Part shown: piece by piece, positions 48,174-57,129 of the stretch
How positions within the stretch are numbered: position 1 is the first letter of the stretch
Layout of the letters: each line of letters begins with the position of its first letter
Assembly: GCA_044867425.1 (NCBI GenBank)
Contig: JBIOUX010000220.1
Span: forward strand, 4,942 to 68,941
Source of the DNA: Acidimicrobiia bacterium
Lineage (GTDB): Bacteria > Actinomycetota > Acidimicrobiia > IMCC26256 > BP-133
DNA: 64,000 nucleotides
Reading direction: 5' to 3'
Made by a program: the position numbers and the translations under genes
The notes under the pieces: generated by a model
The model's database searches: none
What the model was told of the DNA's origin: nothing
Seen by the model: only the letters and a program-made list of their open reading frames with translations

Positions 48174-48539
48174 ATGAGTTTGGGCCCGTCGCGTCGTCGT
48201 AAGCGCGTGGGGCGACAAGGGCGCATCGACGCCGTGGTGGTGCTCGTCCGCGGCGAGGCCGAGGTGACGAGCTGGCCGCTGGGCGGATGCGCCTGTCCCG
48301 ACCTCGACCTGGTGGACCACCTGGCCCGCCTGCAGCTCACGGCCCGGCGCCTGGGCTGTGAGATCCGCCTGGTGAAGGCCGGCCCGGAACTCCGGGAGTT
48401 GCTCGACCTGGTTGGCCTGACCGGGGTCCTGGTGGGTCCCGGCGGGTCAGACCGACGCCGGCAGGTGGGCGGGGAGGCCGAAGGCGCCGAACAGCTCGGT
48501 GTCGAGGAAGCTGCACAACCCGGTGATGCGCCCGTCTGA
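48174..48539 (+). CDS. STAS-like (anti-sigma antagonist-type) small protein
   Basis: Tail of ORF 47892..48539. Contains DLDLVDHLARLQLTARRLGCEIRLVKAGPELRELLDLVGLTGVL and has high GC3. Its 3' end overlaps the convergent sigma gene by 93 nt. Confidence 0.55.
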   Translation: MSLGPSRRRKRVGRQGRIDAVVVLVRGEAEVTSWPLGGCACPDLDLVDHLARLQLTARRLGCEIRLVKAGPELRELLDLVGLTGVLVGPGGSDRRRQVGGEAEGAEQLGVEEAAQPGDAPV

Positions 48540-49442
48540 GATCTCGAGGACCTGGAGCGCCCACGGGGAATGGCCGCCCTGCGGATCACAGCGGTACTGG
48601 CCGAAGGCGGTGCCGCCGTTGGCCGCCACCGGGATCATGCGCGACCCCTGGCAGCCGATGCCCGGACCGAGCAGCCAGCGGGCCATCTCCGCCGCCCCCT
48701 GCAGCCAGAAGTTGTAGGGCGGCATCGACATGACCGCGTCCTCGTGGAGGAGCGTCACCAGGGAAGGGATGTCGTAGCGCTCGAAGGCGTCCACGTAGCG
48801 GGCCAGGAGCGCCTGCTGGTCGGCGTCCACCGGCCGCGGAGGAGCGGTGTCGAGATCGACCTGGCGGGCGGCCAGGGTGGCCCGGGCCCGCTGGAGGGCG
48901 CTGTTGACCGACGCCACGCTCGTCTCGAGCAGCTCGGCCACCTCGGTGGCCTGCCAGCGCAGCACCTCGCGCAGGATGAGCACCGCCCGCTGGCGGGCGG
49001 GGAGGTGCTGGAGGGCGGTGACGAAGGCGAGTCGGATGGTCTCCCGGGCCGCCGCCAGCTCGGCCGGGTCGCCGTCCTCGGGCAGGACCCGGGCGTCGGG
49101 GACCGGCTGCATCCAGGCGGCCTCGGGAAGCGTCTCGCCCTTGAAGGCATCCGAGGTCGAGGACGACCCCAGCTCCATGGGCAAGGCCCGGCGCCGGCGC
49201 CCTCGCAGCATGTCGAGGCAGACGTTGGTGGCGATGCGGTACAGCCAGGACCGCACCGCCGACCGGCCCTCGAAGCTGTCCATGCCCTTCCAGGCCCGGA
49301 CCAGCGTCTCCTGGACGGCGTCCTCCGCCTCGAAGAGCGAGCCCAGCATCCGGTAGCAGTAGCCGGTGAGCTCCCGGCGGTACTGGTCCAGATCCTCCGG
49401 CCGGACCTCGGGGGTCGCTACGGCGTCGGGGCGGGCAGGCAC
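48447..49442 (-). CDS. ECF-type sigma-70 factor with a C-terminal SnoaL/NTF2-like extension (SigG/ECF41-like)
   Basis: Region 2 reads YCYRMLGSLFEAEDAVQETLVRAW...SWLYRIATNVCLDMLR. Region 4 reads LPARQRAVLILREVLRWQATEVAELLETSVASVNSALQRAR. An extra domain of about 120 aa follows. Confidence 0.85.
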   Translation of the reverse strand: MPARPDAVATPEVRPEDLDQYRRELTGYCYRMLGSLFEAEDAVQETLVRAWKGMDSFEGRSAVRSWLYRIATNVCLDMLRGRRRRALPMELGSSSTSDAFKGETLPEAAWMQPVPDARVLPEDGDPAELAAARETIRLAFVTALQHLPARQRAVLILREVLRWQATEVAELLETSVASVNSALQRARATLAARQVDLDTAPPRPVDADQQALLARYVDAFERYDIPSLVTLLHEDAVMSMPPYNFWLQGAAEMARWLLGPGIGCQGSRMIPVAANGGTAFGQYRCDPQGGHSPWALQVLEISDGRITGLCSFLDTELFGAFGLPAHLPASV

Positions 49443-49463
49443 GGTGAGGCATTCTACGGCCGT

Positions 49464-50015
49464 TCACACCACCTTCACGAGGAGGACGATCAGCCCGCCG
49501 GCCAGGCCGAGGCCGAGGCTCACCAGCCCGGGCCGGACCCCACCGGCCGCCCAGCGCCAGCCCCGGTCGAGGGAGAGCTGGCCGGGGCCGGTGAACCCGA
49601 CGGTGACGGCGATGACCCCGAAGAGCAGGGCCAGCTCGTAGCCGCCGTTGGCCGCCCACACGCCGCTGTGCCAGTGCACGGCCACGATGGCGTTGAACAT
49701 CACACCGATGATGGCGGCGCAGCCCAGCGGGGTGAGGAAGCCGAGGGCCAGGAACAGGCCGCCCATCACCTCCGATGACGAGGCCAGCAGGGCGAAGAAC
49801 CTGCCCGGCGTGTACCCGGCCTGGGCGAAGCCGTTGACGATGAAGTCGAAGTCGGGGCCGTGCCACCAGCCGAAGAGCTTCTGGGCGCCGTGGCCGGCCA
49901 TGAGCAGGCCGGCGGCCAGGCGGACGGCCAGCAGGCCGAGATCCCGGCCCAGGGCGTCGTCAAGGGTGCTGGCCCTGGTGCCGGTGGTTTCGAGGGTACG
50001 AGCCGGTGTGGTCAT
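49464..50015 (-). CDS. DoxX family membrane protein
   Basis: Contains LLAVRLAAGLLMAGHGAQKLFGWW and four TM segments. It lies upstream of, and is co-oriented with, the sigma gene. Confidence 0.8.
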   Translation of the reverse strand: MTTPARTLETTGTRASTLDDALGRDLGLLAVRLAAGLLMAGHGAQKLFGWWHGPDFDFIVNGFAQAGYTPGRFFALLASSSEVMGGLFLALGFLTPLGCAAIIGVMFNAIVAVHWHSGVWAANGGYELALLFGVIAVTVGFTGPGQLSLDRGWRWAAGGVRPGLVSLGLGLAGGLIVLLVKVV

Positions 50016-50156
50016 CGGGAGCTCCTCCTTGCCCTTACGTATTGGGACGATGAGCGGCTTTCAAACCCATCGCTCAACCAGTACTTCGAACGCGAAAGGG
50101 CGAAATCGACACAGTGCGGAAGTTTTTCTCCGGGTTCTCTCGCCGGGACGGGCGGC

Positions 50157-50549
50157 TCAGTCCACCTGGATGAGCATGACGAGGTTCCCGCAGGTGTCGT
50201 CGAAGACGGCCTGGCTGGCCGGACCCGTCCGGGTGGGGTTCATGGTGAAGACGACGCCCAGCTCGACCAGGCGGGCGTGCTCGGCCTGGATGTCGTCGGT
50301 CACGAGGACCGTGTGCGAGGGAATCCCAGCTGCGTAGAGCGCCGACTGGTAGCTGCCGGCGATGGCGCTGGTGTTGGGTTCGAGGAGCAGCTCCACGCCG
50401 TCCGGGGAGGCGGGCGACACCACCGTCAGCCACCGGGCGGGCCCCAGGGGGATGTCCCGCTTGGTCTCGAAGCCCAGGACGTCGGTGTAGAAGGCCAGCG
50501 CCTTGTCCTGGTCATCGACGTACACGTTGGTCACCGCCAGGCTGATCAT
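50157..50549 (-). CDS. VOC (glyoxalase) family protein
   Basis: Contains VYVDDQDKALAFYTDVLGFE and FDDTCGNLVMLIQ. Confidence 0.8.
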   Translation of the reverse strand: MISLAVTNVYVDDQDKALAFYTDVLGFETKRDIPLGPARWLTVVSPASPDGVELLLEPNTSAIAGSYQSALYAAGIPSHTVLVTDDIQAEHARLVELGVVFTMNPTRTGPASQAVFDDTCGNLVMLIQVD

Positions 50550-50614
50550 GGCCCGCGAGTATGGCCTCTCTGCCGTGCCGGGCCGGACGGCGTGGCCAAC
50601 TTACGCTGGGCGGG

Positions 50615-52207
50615 GTGAGCACTGACGCGGTCGTCATCGGCGCCGGCCACAACGGGCTGGTGGCCGCCAATCTGCTGGCCGACGCCGGCTGGGACGTCAC
50701 CGTGCTCGAAGCCCAGGCCGAGCCCGGCGGGGCCGTGCGCAGCGGCGAGCTCACCCTGCCCGGCTACGTCCATGACCTGTTCAGCGCCTTCTACCCGCTG
50801 GCCGCCGCCTCCCCCGTGCTGCGGGCGCTGGATCTCGAGGCCCACGGCCTGCGCTGGTGCCGGGCGCCGGCCGCCCTGGCCCACCCTCAACCGGACGGTG
50901 CCTGCGCCGTGCTCAGCACCGATCTCGACGAGACGGCGGCGTCGCTGGACACCTTCCATCCCGGGGACGGGGACCGGTGGCGGGAGCTCTACGCGTGGTG
51001 GACGGGGACCGAGGGCGGCTTCGTCGACAGCCTGCTGTCGCCCTTCCCACCGGTGCGGGCGGCGGCCCGCCTGGCCGCCCGCCTGGGCCCGTCCGGTGGG
51101 CTGCGCCTCACCCGCCTGGCGCTCGGGCCCGTCCGGCGCCTGGCCGACCAGCGGTTCCAAGGCCCGGGCGGTGGCCTGCTCCTCACCGGATGCGCGCTGC
51201 ATGCCGACATCCCGCCCGACGCGGCCGGCAGCGGCCTGATGGGATGGATGCTCACCTGCCTCGGCCAGGAACACGGCTTCCCCACCCCGCAGGGGGGAGC
51301 AGCCCGGCTGATCGACGCCCTCGCGCGCCGGCTCGAATCGAGGGGCGGCCGGCTGCAGGTGGCCACGCCGGTGGAGCGGATCCTGCTCCAGGGCGGAGAG
51401 GCGGTCGGGGTGCGGACGGCCGGCGGCCGGGAGATCCGAGCCCGCCAGGCGGTCGTGGCCGACGTGGGCGCGCCGGCGCTCTACCTCGAGCTCATCGGGC
51501 GGGAGCATCTCCCCTCCCCGCTGCTGCGGGCCCTGGGCCGGTTCCGGTACGACCACGCCACGGTCAAGGTGGACTGGGCCCTCGACGGCCCCATCCCCTG
51601 GGCGGCCAAGGAGGCGCGCCGGGCGGGCACGGTCCACACCGGCGACAACGTGGATCACCTGAGCCAGGCCGCCACCGAGCTGGCCGAAGGGCGGATCCCG
51701 GCTCGACCCCCGCTCATCATCGGCCAGATGACGACCACCGATCCGAGCCGGTCGCCGCCGGGAACGGAAACGGCCTGGGCCTACACCCACGTGCCCCAGG
51801 CGGTGCGCGCCGATGCCGGCGGCAACCTCACCGGCGCCTGGAACGCGAGCGAGACCGGGGACTTCGTGGCCCGCATGGAAGCCGAGATCGAGCGGCTGGC
51901 CCCGGGATTCGCGGGGCTCGTGCGGGCCCGGCACGTGCTCGTCCCGGCGATGTTCGAGGCGGCCGACGCCAACCTGGTGGGCGGGGCCATCAACGGCGGC
52001 ACGGCCCGGCTCCGCCAGCAGCTCGTGCTCCGCCCCGTCCCCGGACTCGGCCGGGCCGAGACCCCCTTCCCCCGGCTGTTCCTCGCCTCCGCTTCGGCCC
52101 ATCCCGGCGGCGGAGTCCACGGCGCCTGCGGCGCCAACGCCGCCCGGGCCGCCCTGGCCCGGGGCGCCCGCCTCCGGTCCGGGGCCGCCCGCCTCCTCGC
52201 GCGTTAA
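50615..52207 (+). CDS. phytoene desaturase (CrtI)-like NAD(P)/FAD-dependent oxidoreductase
   Basis: GTG start giving VSTDAVVIGAGHNGLVAANLLADAGWDVTVLEA. The C-terminus has AHPGGGVHGACG. Confidence 0.8.
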   Translation: MSTDAVVIGAGHNGLVAANLLADAGWDVTVLEAQAEPGGAVRSGELTLPGYVHDLFSAFYPLAAASPVLRALDLEAHGLRWCRAPAALAHPQPDGACAVLSTDLDETAASLDTFHPGDGDRWRELYAWWTGTEGGFVDSLLSPFPPVRAAARLAARLGPSGGLRLTRLALGPVRRLADQRFQGPGGGLLLTGCALHADIPPDAAGSGLMGWMLTCLGQEHGFPTPQGGAARLIDALARRLESRGGRLQVATPVERILLQGGEAVGVRTAGGREIRARQAVVADVGAPALYLELIGREHLPSPLLRALGRFRYDHATVKVDWALDGPIPWAAKEARRAGTVHTGDNVDHLSQAATELAEGRIPARPPLIIGQMTTTDPSRSPPGTETAWAYTHVPQAVRADAGGNLTGAWNASETGDFVARMEAEIERLAPGFAGLVRARHVLVPAMFEAADANLVGGAINGGTARLRQQLVLRPVPGLGRAETPFPRLFLASASAHPGGGVHGACGANAARAALARGARLRSGAARLLAR

Positions 52208-52244
52208 CCGAACCCGGCTCACAGGCGGTTTTCGCTAACCCGCG
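52197..52244. repeat. GTTAAC-centred palindromic mini-repeat, copy 2 (at a gene 3' end)
   Basis: TCGCGCGTTAACCGAACCCGGCT is an exact 23-nt match to the reverse complement of 41275-41297. It is followed by a degenerate second arm, GCGGTTTTCGCTAACCCGCG. The TAA inside GTTAAC is the stop codon of the upstream gene. Confidence 0.7.
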
Positions 52245-52275
52245 ATGCCCCGGGGGGTGGCGAGCGGCGCGGTGC

Positions 52276-53019
52276 TCACTCGGCGTCGTGAAAGACGAGG
52301 CCCAGGGTGTGCCGGCGCCCGGAACGGACGATGCTGACAGAGTGGCGCATCGGGCTGCTGGCCCACCCCCGCCGGGTGCGGACCGGCCGGTCCCGGGTGG
52401 TGAACACCAGGGCCTGGCCCTGGCCGATGAGGGTGGACGTGGCCCGGGACTGGGCCCGGGGCCGCTGCTCGACGACCACGAACTCGCCCCCGGTGTAATC
52501 GACGCCGGGCTCGTCGAGGCCGATCACCACCTGGAGCGGAAACACCAGGTCGCCGTAGAGGTCACGGTGCAGGGCGTTCCAGTCGCCCGGCCCGTAGCGC
52601 AGGATCAGCGGCGTGGGCCGCTTCTGCCCGGCGGCGTGGCACCGCTCCAGCCAGCCCTGGAAGTCGTCGGGCCAGGGCGCCGGCTGGTCCCGCCGCTGCG
52701 CCCACTCCCGGGCGACGGGGAGCAGGTGGGGCCAGAAGGCGGCCCGCAGCTCGGCCACCTCGTCGGGCAGGGGACGGTCGAAATACCGGTACTGGCCCTC
52801 GCCGAAGCGGTAGCGGGCCATGTCGATGGTGGCCCGGAACCGCTCGTCGTCGTCGTAGAGGCCGGCCAGGGTGCGGCACTCGGCCACGCTGAGCACCGGG
52901 GCGGTGAGGGCGACGCCCACGTCGTCGAGGTCGCCGGCCGCCCGGCCCCAGTCCAGGGCGTCGACCCGTTCGGTGATCGACCGGGTGGTCCGCTCGAGGG
53001 CGGTGGCGGTGGCGTTCAT
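52276..53019 (-). CDS. 2OG-Fe(II) oxygenase superfamily protein
   Basis: ORF trimmed to MNATATALER. HxD motif NALHRDLYG, distal His MRHSVS and RRHTLGLVFHD. ATGA overlap with ogt. Confidence 0.7.
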   Translation of the reverse strand: MNATATALERTTRSITERVDALDWGRAAGDLDDVGVALTAPVLSVAECRTLAGLYDDDERFRATIDMARYRFGEGQYRYFDRPLPDEVAELRAAFWPHLLPVAREWAQRRDQPAPWPDDFQGWLERCHAAGQKRPTPLILRYGPGDWNALHRDLYGDLVFPLQVVIGLDEPGVDYTGGEFVVVEQRPRAQSRATSTLIGQGQALVFTTRDRPVRTRRGWASSPMRHSVSIVRSGRRHTLGLVFHDAE

Positions 53020-53681
53020 GATGCGGCCTCCATCTCCAGGAGGGCCGCCTTCATGTCCGATCCTCCGCCGTACTGGCCGATGGTGCCGTCGCTGCGCACC
53101 ACCCGGTGGCAGGGCACCACCACCGGGACCGGGTTGCGGGCGCAGGCACTGCCGGCGGCCCGGACGGCGGCGGGGTTTCCCGCCGCTCGGGCGACGGCGG
53201 CGTAGCTCTCGGTCCGGCCGTAGGGGATCTGCTGGAGATGGGAGATGACCGCCAGGCGGAACCCGCGGACCAGCTGCAGGTCGACGGGCAGCTCGAAGCG
53301 GCGGCGCCGGCCGGCGAAGTACTCGTCCAGCTGGCGGGCGGCGGCGTCGGTGCGCCGGGGCGAACGCAGGATGCGGGGGCTGATGGCACCGGCCAGGCGG
53401 GTGAGGACGGCGGCGTGGTCCTCGCACTCGAAGGCCACCCGCACCAGGCCCTTCGGGCTGGCGGCCAGCAGCAGCGAGCCGAAGGGGCTGTCCACCGTCC
53501 GGTAGGACACGTCCAGCAGTCCCTCCCGCTCGGCCTGCGCGGCCAGGCGGGCCCGCAGGTCCACGTCGGTGCTGCCGGCGGCCGGGAAGGAGGCGGCCAG
53601 GCGGCGGATGATGTCGTCCCCGAAGTCATCGGGGTTCGGGGTGTCCCCGAAGTCATCGGCGGTACGGGCGTCGGGGCTCAT
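53016..53681 (-). CDS. ogt: methylated-DNA--protein-cysteine methyltransferase
   Basis: Active site VVPCHRVV, plus IPYGRTESYAAVA. Confidence 0.9.
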   Translation of the reverse strand: MSPDARTADDFGDTPNPDDFGDDIIRRLAASFPAAGSTDVDLRARLAAQAEREGLLDVSYRTVDSPFGSLLLAASPKGLVRVAFECEDHAAVLTRLAGAISPRILRSPRRTDAAARQLDEYFAGRRRRFELPVDLQLVRGFRLAVISHLQQIPYGRTESYAAVARAAGNPAAVRAAGSACARNPVPVVVPCHRVVRSDGTIGQYGGGSDMKAALLEMEAAS

Positions 53682-54160
53682 GGCTGTGGTCCCTTCAGGT
53701 AGATCTTGCGGAGGGTGGCGATACCGTCGGCGGCGCGGCGCCGGGCGGCCGCCTCGCTGCCGTGGAGGAGGGCGGCCACCTCGGCGTAGGACAGGTCGGC
53801 CAGGTAGCGGTAGATGACGGCGCTGCGCTGCTTGGCGGGCAGCGCGTCCAACGCCGCTCGCAGGTCGTCGTCGCCGGGGTCGTCGGGAGGACGGCAGGCC
53901 GGTGGCTCGGGCACCTCGCTCGTGAGGCGGGGGGCTCGACGGGCGCTACGGATCTGGTCGATGGCCTTGTTGTGGGCGATGGTCACCAGCCAGCCCCGGA
54001 CGCGGCTGCCGGGCGCCAGGTCGGGATAGGCCCGCAGCGCGGAGAGGAAGGTCTCGGACCAGGCGTCTTCGGCGTCGACCGGACCCAGCAGGGCGCGGCA
54101 CACCCGCATCACCACCGGGCCGTGCTCGGTCACGATCTCTTCGAAGGGTCGCATGGTCAT
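53678..54160 (-). CDS. ECF sigma-70 family factor
   Basis: ORF trimmed to MTMRPFEEIV. Region 2 reads DAWSETFLSALRAY...GWLVTIAHNKAIDQIR. Region 4 reads LPAKQRSAVIYRYLADLSYAEVAALL. ATGA overlap with ogt. Confidence 0.85.
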   Translation of the reverse strand: MTMRPFEEIVTEHGPVVMRVCRALLGPVDAEDAWSETFLSALRAYPDLAPGSRVRGWLVTIAHNKAIDQIRSARRAPRLTSEVPEPPACRPPDDPGDDDLRAALDALPAKQRSAVIYRYLADLSYAEVAALLHGSEAAARRRAADGIATLRKIYLKGPQP

Positions 54161-54260
54161 GTCCAGTAAACGATCCGGGGTCTGAATCTGTGAGGTTTCA
54201 TGCCGCGCTTGACGGCTGAAGTACAAATCGCGCTCAGACCGCTCAGGCGAGGGAGGCAGG

Positions 54261-55196
54261 ATGGATGATGCCCATGAGACATGGCCGGCGCTTCCCGTGT
54301 CCGAGTGGGAGGACACCCGGGACACCCTCCACCTGTGGACCCAGATTGTGGGAAAGGTGCGGCTGGCGCTCGAGCCCTGGGTGAACCACTCCTGGCACAT
54401 TCCCCTCTATGTGAACGCCCGGGGCCTGACGACATCGCTCATGCCCCTCGGCCCCCGGGGCTTGGAGATCCAGTTCGATTTCGGCCGCCACGTGCTCGAC
54501 ATCCGCACCACCGACGGCGCCGAGCGCCACGTCCGGCTCGAGCCCCGCTCGGTGGCCGACTTCTACGCCGAGACCATGGCCCGGCTGGCCGAGCTCGACG
54601 TGCGGGTCGAGATCATGCCCCGACCGGTCGAGATACCGATGGCCACCCCCTTCCCAGAGGACAAGATCCACGCCAGCTACGACGCCGGGTGCGCCCACCG
54701 CTTCTGGCTGTCCCTGGTCCAGGCGCAGCGGGTCCTGACGGCCTTCCGGTCCCGCTTCCTGGGCAAGGTCAGCCCCGTCCACTTCTTCTGGGGCGGCTTC
54801 GACCTGGCCGTGACCCGGTTCTCGGGCCGGGACGCGCCCCGCCACCCCGGAGGGGTGCCCAACTGCGCCGACTGGGTCATGGTCGACGCCTACAGCCAGG
54901 AGGTGAGCAGCTGCGGCTACTGGCCGGTGGGCGCCGCCGAGGGCGTCTTCTACGCCTACGCCTACCCCGAGCCGGCCGGGTTCCGGGACTGGGCGGTCGA
55001 GCCCCGAGGCGCCGCTTACGATCCCGGGCTGGGCGAGTTCGTGCTGCCTTACGAAACGGTGCGGACGTCGGGCGATCCCGACGCCACCCTGCTCTCCTTC
55101 CTCCAATCCACCTACGAAGCCGCCGCTGAGCTCGGCCATTGGGACCGGCCCCACCTGGAACGCCGGCTGCCCACGACCGGCACGCCGACCGATTGA
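54261..55196 (+). CDS. DUF5996-like family protein
   Basis: Contains WPALPVSEWEDTRDTLHLWTQIVGKVRLAL and VHFFWGGFDLAVTRFSG. Family recall is from memory. Confidence 0.6.
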   Translation: MDDAHETWPALPVSEWEDTRDTLHLWTQIVGKVRLALEPWVNHSWHIPLYVNARGLTTSLMPLGPRGLEIQFDFGRHVLDIRTTDGAERHVRLEPRSVADFYAETMARLAELDVRVEIMPRPVEIPMATPFPEDKIHASYDAGCAHRFWLSLVQAQRVLTAFRSRFLGKVSPVHFFWGGFDLAVTRFSGRDAPRHPGGVPNCADWVMVDAYSQEVSSCGYWPVGAAEGVFYAYAYPEPAGFRDWAVEPRGAAYDPGLGEFVLPYETVRTSGDPDATLLSFLQSTYEAAAELGHWDRPHLERRLPTTGTPTD

Positions 55197-55240
55197 GGCT
55201 GTCCTTGGCGCCCCTGCTCCAGCTTGTACCATCCTCCGCC

Positions 55241-55507
55241 GTGAACAGCGGCGACCTGAAGCGGTTGATGTTCCTGGTGGGGCTGGTCCTCCTATTCGCC
55301 GGGGCGATCCTGCTCAACGACCCCATGGCGGTGGAGGACCGCAACTGCGGCTCCGCCCTGATGCGCAAGGAGCCGGAATTGGAACGCATCGCCGTCCGCT
55401 GCGATGAGAAGCTCGACCGCCGCCGCTGGCCCGGGTTCATCATGTTCGGCGCCGGCGCCGCCCTCGTCGTCAGCATCAGGCCCGGCGTCCTGCTCGCCCC
55501 CGACTGA
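55241..55507 (+). CDS. small two-TM membrane protein
   Basis: GTG start. Contains LMFLVGLVLLFAGAILL and GFIMFGAGAALVV. Confidence 0.45.
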   Translation: MNSGDLKRLMFLVGLVLLFAGAILLNDPMAVEDRNCGSALMRKEPELERIAVRCDEKLDRRRWPGFIMFGAGAALVVSIRPGVLLAPD

Positions 55508-55512
55508 ACGGC

Positions 55513-56028
55513 GTGATCCCGGCGCGGCTCGAGATCCTCGACCACGGCGATCTGATCGCCTTCTCCTTCGACGACGTGCTCAAGTACCACGGCCGCGGGG
55601 CCATGGGCGGCGTGGCCCACGGCTTCAAGTTGATGGAACGGGCCTTGCCGCTGCTGGCCGGCGGGGAGGCGCCGGAGCAGGCCGCCGTCAGCATCGAATC
55701 CGCCTTCGGGGGCGCCGGCGCCCGCGACGCCTTCGAGATGGTGACCCGGGCGGTGACCGGCGGGCGCTACCGCTTCGACCCGGACCTGGCTCCAGACGCC
55801 CCGCCGAGCCCCATCGGCCGCTACTTCTTCCGCTTCCGCCACGAGGCGGGAACGACCGTGGAGCTCACCCTGCGCCCCGGGCTCGTCACCGACGAGTTCC
55901 TCGAGCTCGCCACCCGGGGCGCGGCCACGCCGGCCGAAGAGGAGCGCCTCACCTGGCTGAAGCAGGACATGGCCGACCGGCTCATGAGCCTGCCCGCCCT
56001 CGAGGTCTACGACGTCATCACGCCGTAA
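55513..56028 (+). CDS. hypothetical protein
   Basis: Non-degenerate 171-aa ORF with high GC3. No family recognised. Confidence 0.5.
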   Translation: MIPARLEILDHGDLIAFSFDDVLKYHGRGAMGGVAHGFKLMERALPLLAGGEAPEQAAVSIESAFGGAGARDAFEMVTRAVTGGRYRFDPDLAPDAPPSPIGRYFFRFRHEAGTTVELTLRPGLVTDEFLELATRGAATPAEEERLTWLKQDMADRLMSLPALEVYDVITP

Positions 56029-56049
56029 GGCGAGGTTGAAACTTCCAGG

Positions 56050-57129
56050 ATGGGGTACTCAGCCAACAGGAAGCTCGCGGGGCTTCGGCCGTCAGTGATG
56101 GGCTCGTCCGGCTCGTCGGGGGAGGTCGCCGTGGAAGGCGTCGGCATCGATCTGGGGACCGCCAACACCGTCATCTGCCACACCGAGGCGGGAGTGCTGT
56201 ACGACGAGCCATCGGTGATGGCCTTCCGGCGCAACGGCGGGCCCCGGGCCAAGGTCATCGCCGTCGGGGGAGAAGCCCAGGCGCTGGTGGGCCGGGCCCC
56301 CGAAGGCGTCGAGGTGGTCCACCCCCTGGAGGACGGTGTCATCACCGACCTGGAGACGACCCGCACCTACCTGCGGGAGATCCTCGTGAAGATCGCCCCC
56401 GGCTGGTGGGAACGGCGCCGGCTCCCCGTCGTCCTGGGCGTGCCGGCCGGCGCCACCGCCCTGCAGCGCCGGGCCCTGCTGGAGGCGGCCGAGGAGGCGG
56501 GGATCGGCCGGGCCCAGCTGGTCCTGGAGCCGCTGGCCGGGGCGGTGGGATGCGGCGTCGACCCGTTGGCACCCCGGACGCACCTCGTCGTCGACGTGGG
56601 CGCCGGCACCTCGGAGGTGGCCGCCTTCGGTTCCGGAGGCCTGCTCGCCTACCGGTCCAGCCCTCTGGCCGGTACCGAGATGACCCTGGCCATCTACCAC
56701 CACCTGCGCCACGAGCATCAGCTGGTGATCGGCGAGCTGGCGGCCGAGGAGATCAAGTTCAAGGTGGGCACCCAGGATGCCTTCCAGTCGCTGGCGGTGG
56801 AGGGCCAGGACGCCTCGACGGGCAAGCCCCGGAGCGTCGACGTGCAGGTCGAGGAGGTCACCCGGGCCATGGCCCCGGTGGTGGACGACATCATCCAGAC
56901 CCTGACCGCCTGCCTGGAGGACCTCCCCGCTCAGAGCGCCAACGACGTGATGGCCGAGGGCATGATCGCGGTGGGCGGGGGGTCACTGCTGGCCGGCCTC
57001 GAGCAGACCCTGGAGGACGCCTTCGGGTTCTCACCCCGCATGGCCGAGCGGCCCCTCACGTGCGTGGCCGAGGGCTCGGCCCGCTGCCTGGCCGACCCGG
57101 CCCTGCTCACCGCCTGCGGCATCAGTTAG
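56050..57129 (+). CDS. mreB: MreB-like actin-family rod-shape protein
   Basis: Contains GIDLGTANTVI, PLEDGVITDLE, VLGVPAGATALQRRALLEAAEEAG, VVDVGAGTSEVA and VGGGSLLAGL. The true start may be internal (ATG 56098). Confidence 0.85.
   Translation: MGYSANRKLAGLRPSVMGSSGSSGEVAVEGVGIDLGTANTVICHTEAGVLYDEPSVMAFRRNGGPRAKVIAVGGEAQALVGRAPEGVEVVHPLEDGVITDLETTRTYLREILVKIAPGWWERRRLPVVLGVPAGATALQRRALLEAAEEAGIGRAQLVLEPLAGAVGCGVDPLAPRTHLVVDVGAGTSEVAAFGSGGLLAYRSSPLAGTEMTLAIYHHLRHEHQLVIGELAAEEIKFKVGTQDAFQSLAVEGQDASTGKPRSVDVQVEEVTRAMAPVVDDIIQTLTACLEDLPAQSANDVMAEGMIAVGGGSLLAGLEQTLEDAFGFSPRMAERPLTCVAEGSARCLADPALLTACGIS

Noticed and set aside
50016-50156. A search for ECF-type promoter motifs (GGAAC/TGAAC ... CGTC) upstream of the doxX-sigma operon. 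The region upstream of the sigma-ogt operon (54161-54260) was searched in the same way.
   Set aside because: Only weak pieces were found: a CGTC with a GTTTGAA about 17 nt upstream, and a TGAAAC with a 22-nt spacer to CGTT. The spacing and sequence are not convincing without a known consensus for these sigma groups.
53616-53659. A 17-nt exact direct repeat, GTCCCCGAAGTCATCGG, with 27-nt period in the 5' end of ogt. It encodes a duplicated DDFGD motif.
   Set aside because: It is a small in-frame tandem duplication in a disordered N-terminal tail. It is probably slippage and has no evident functional implication.
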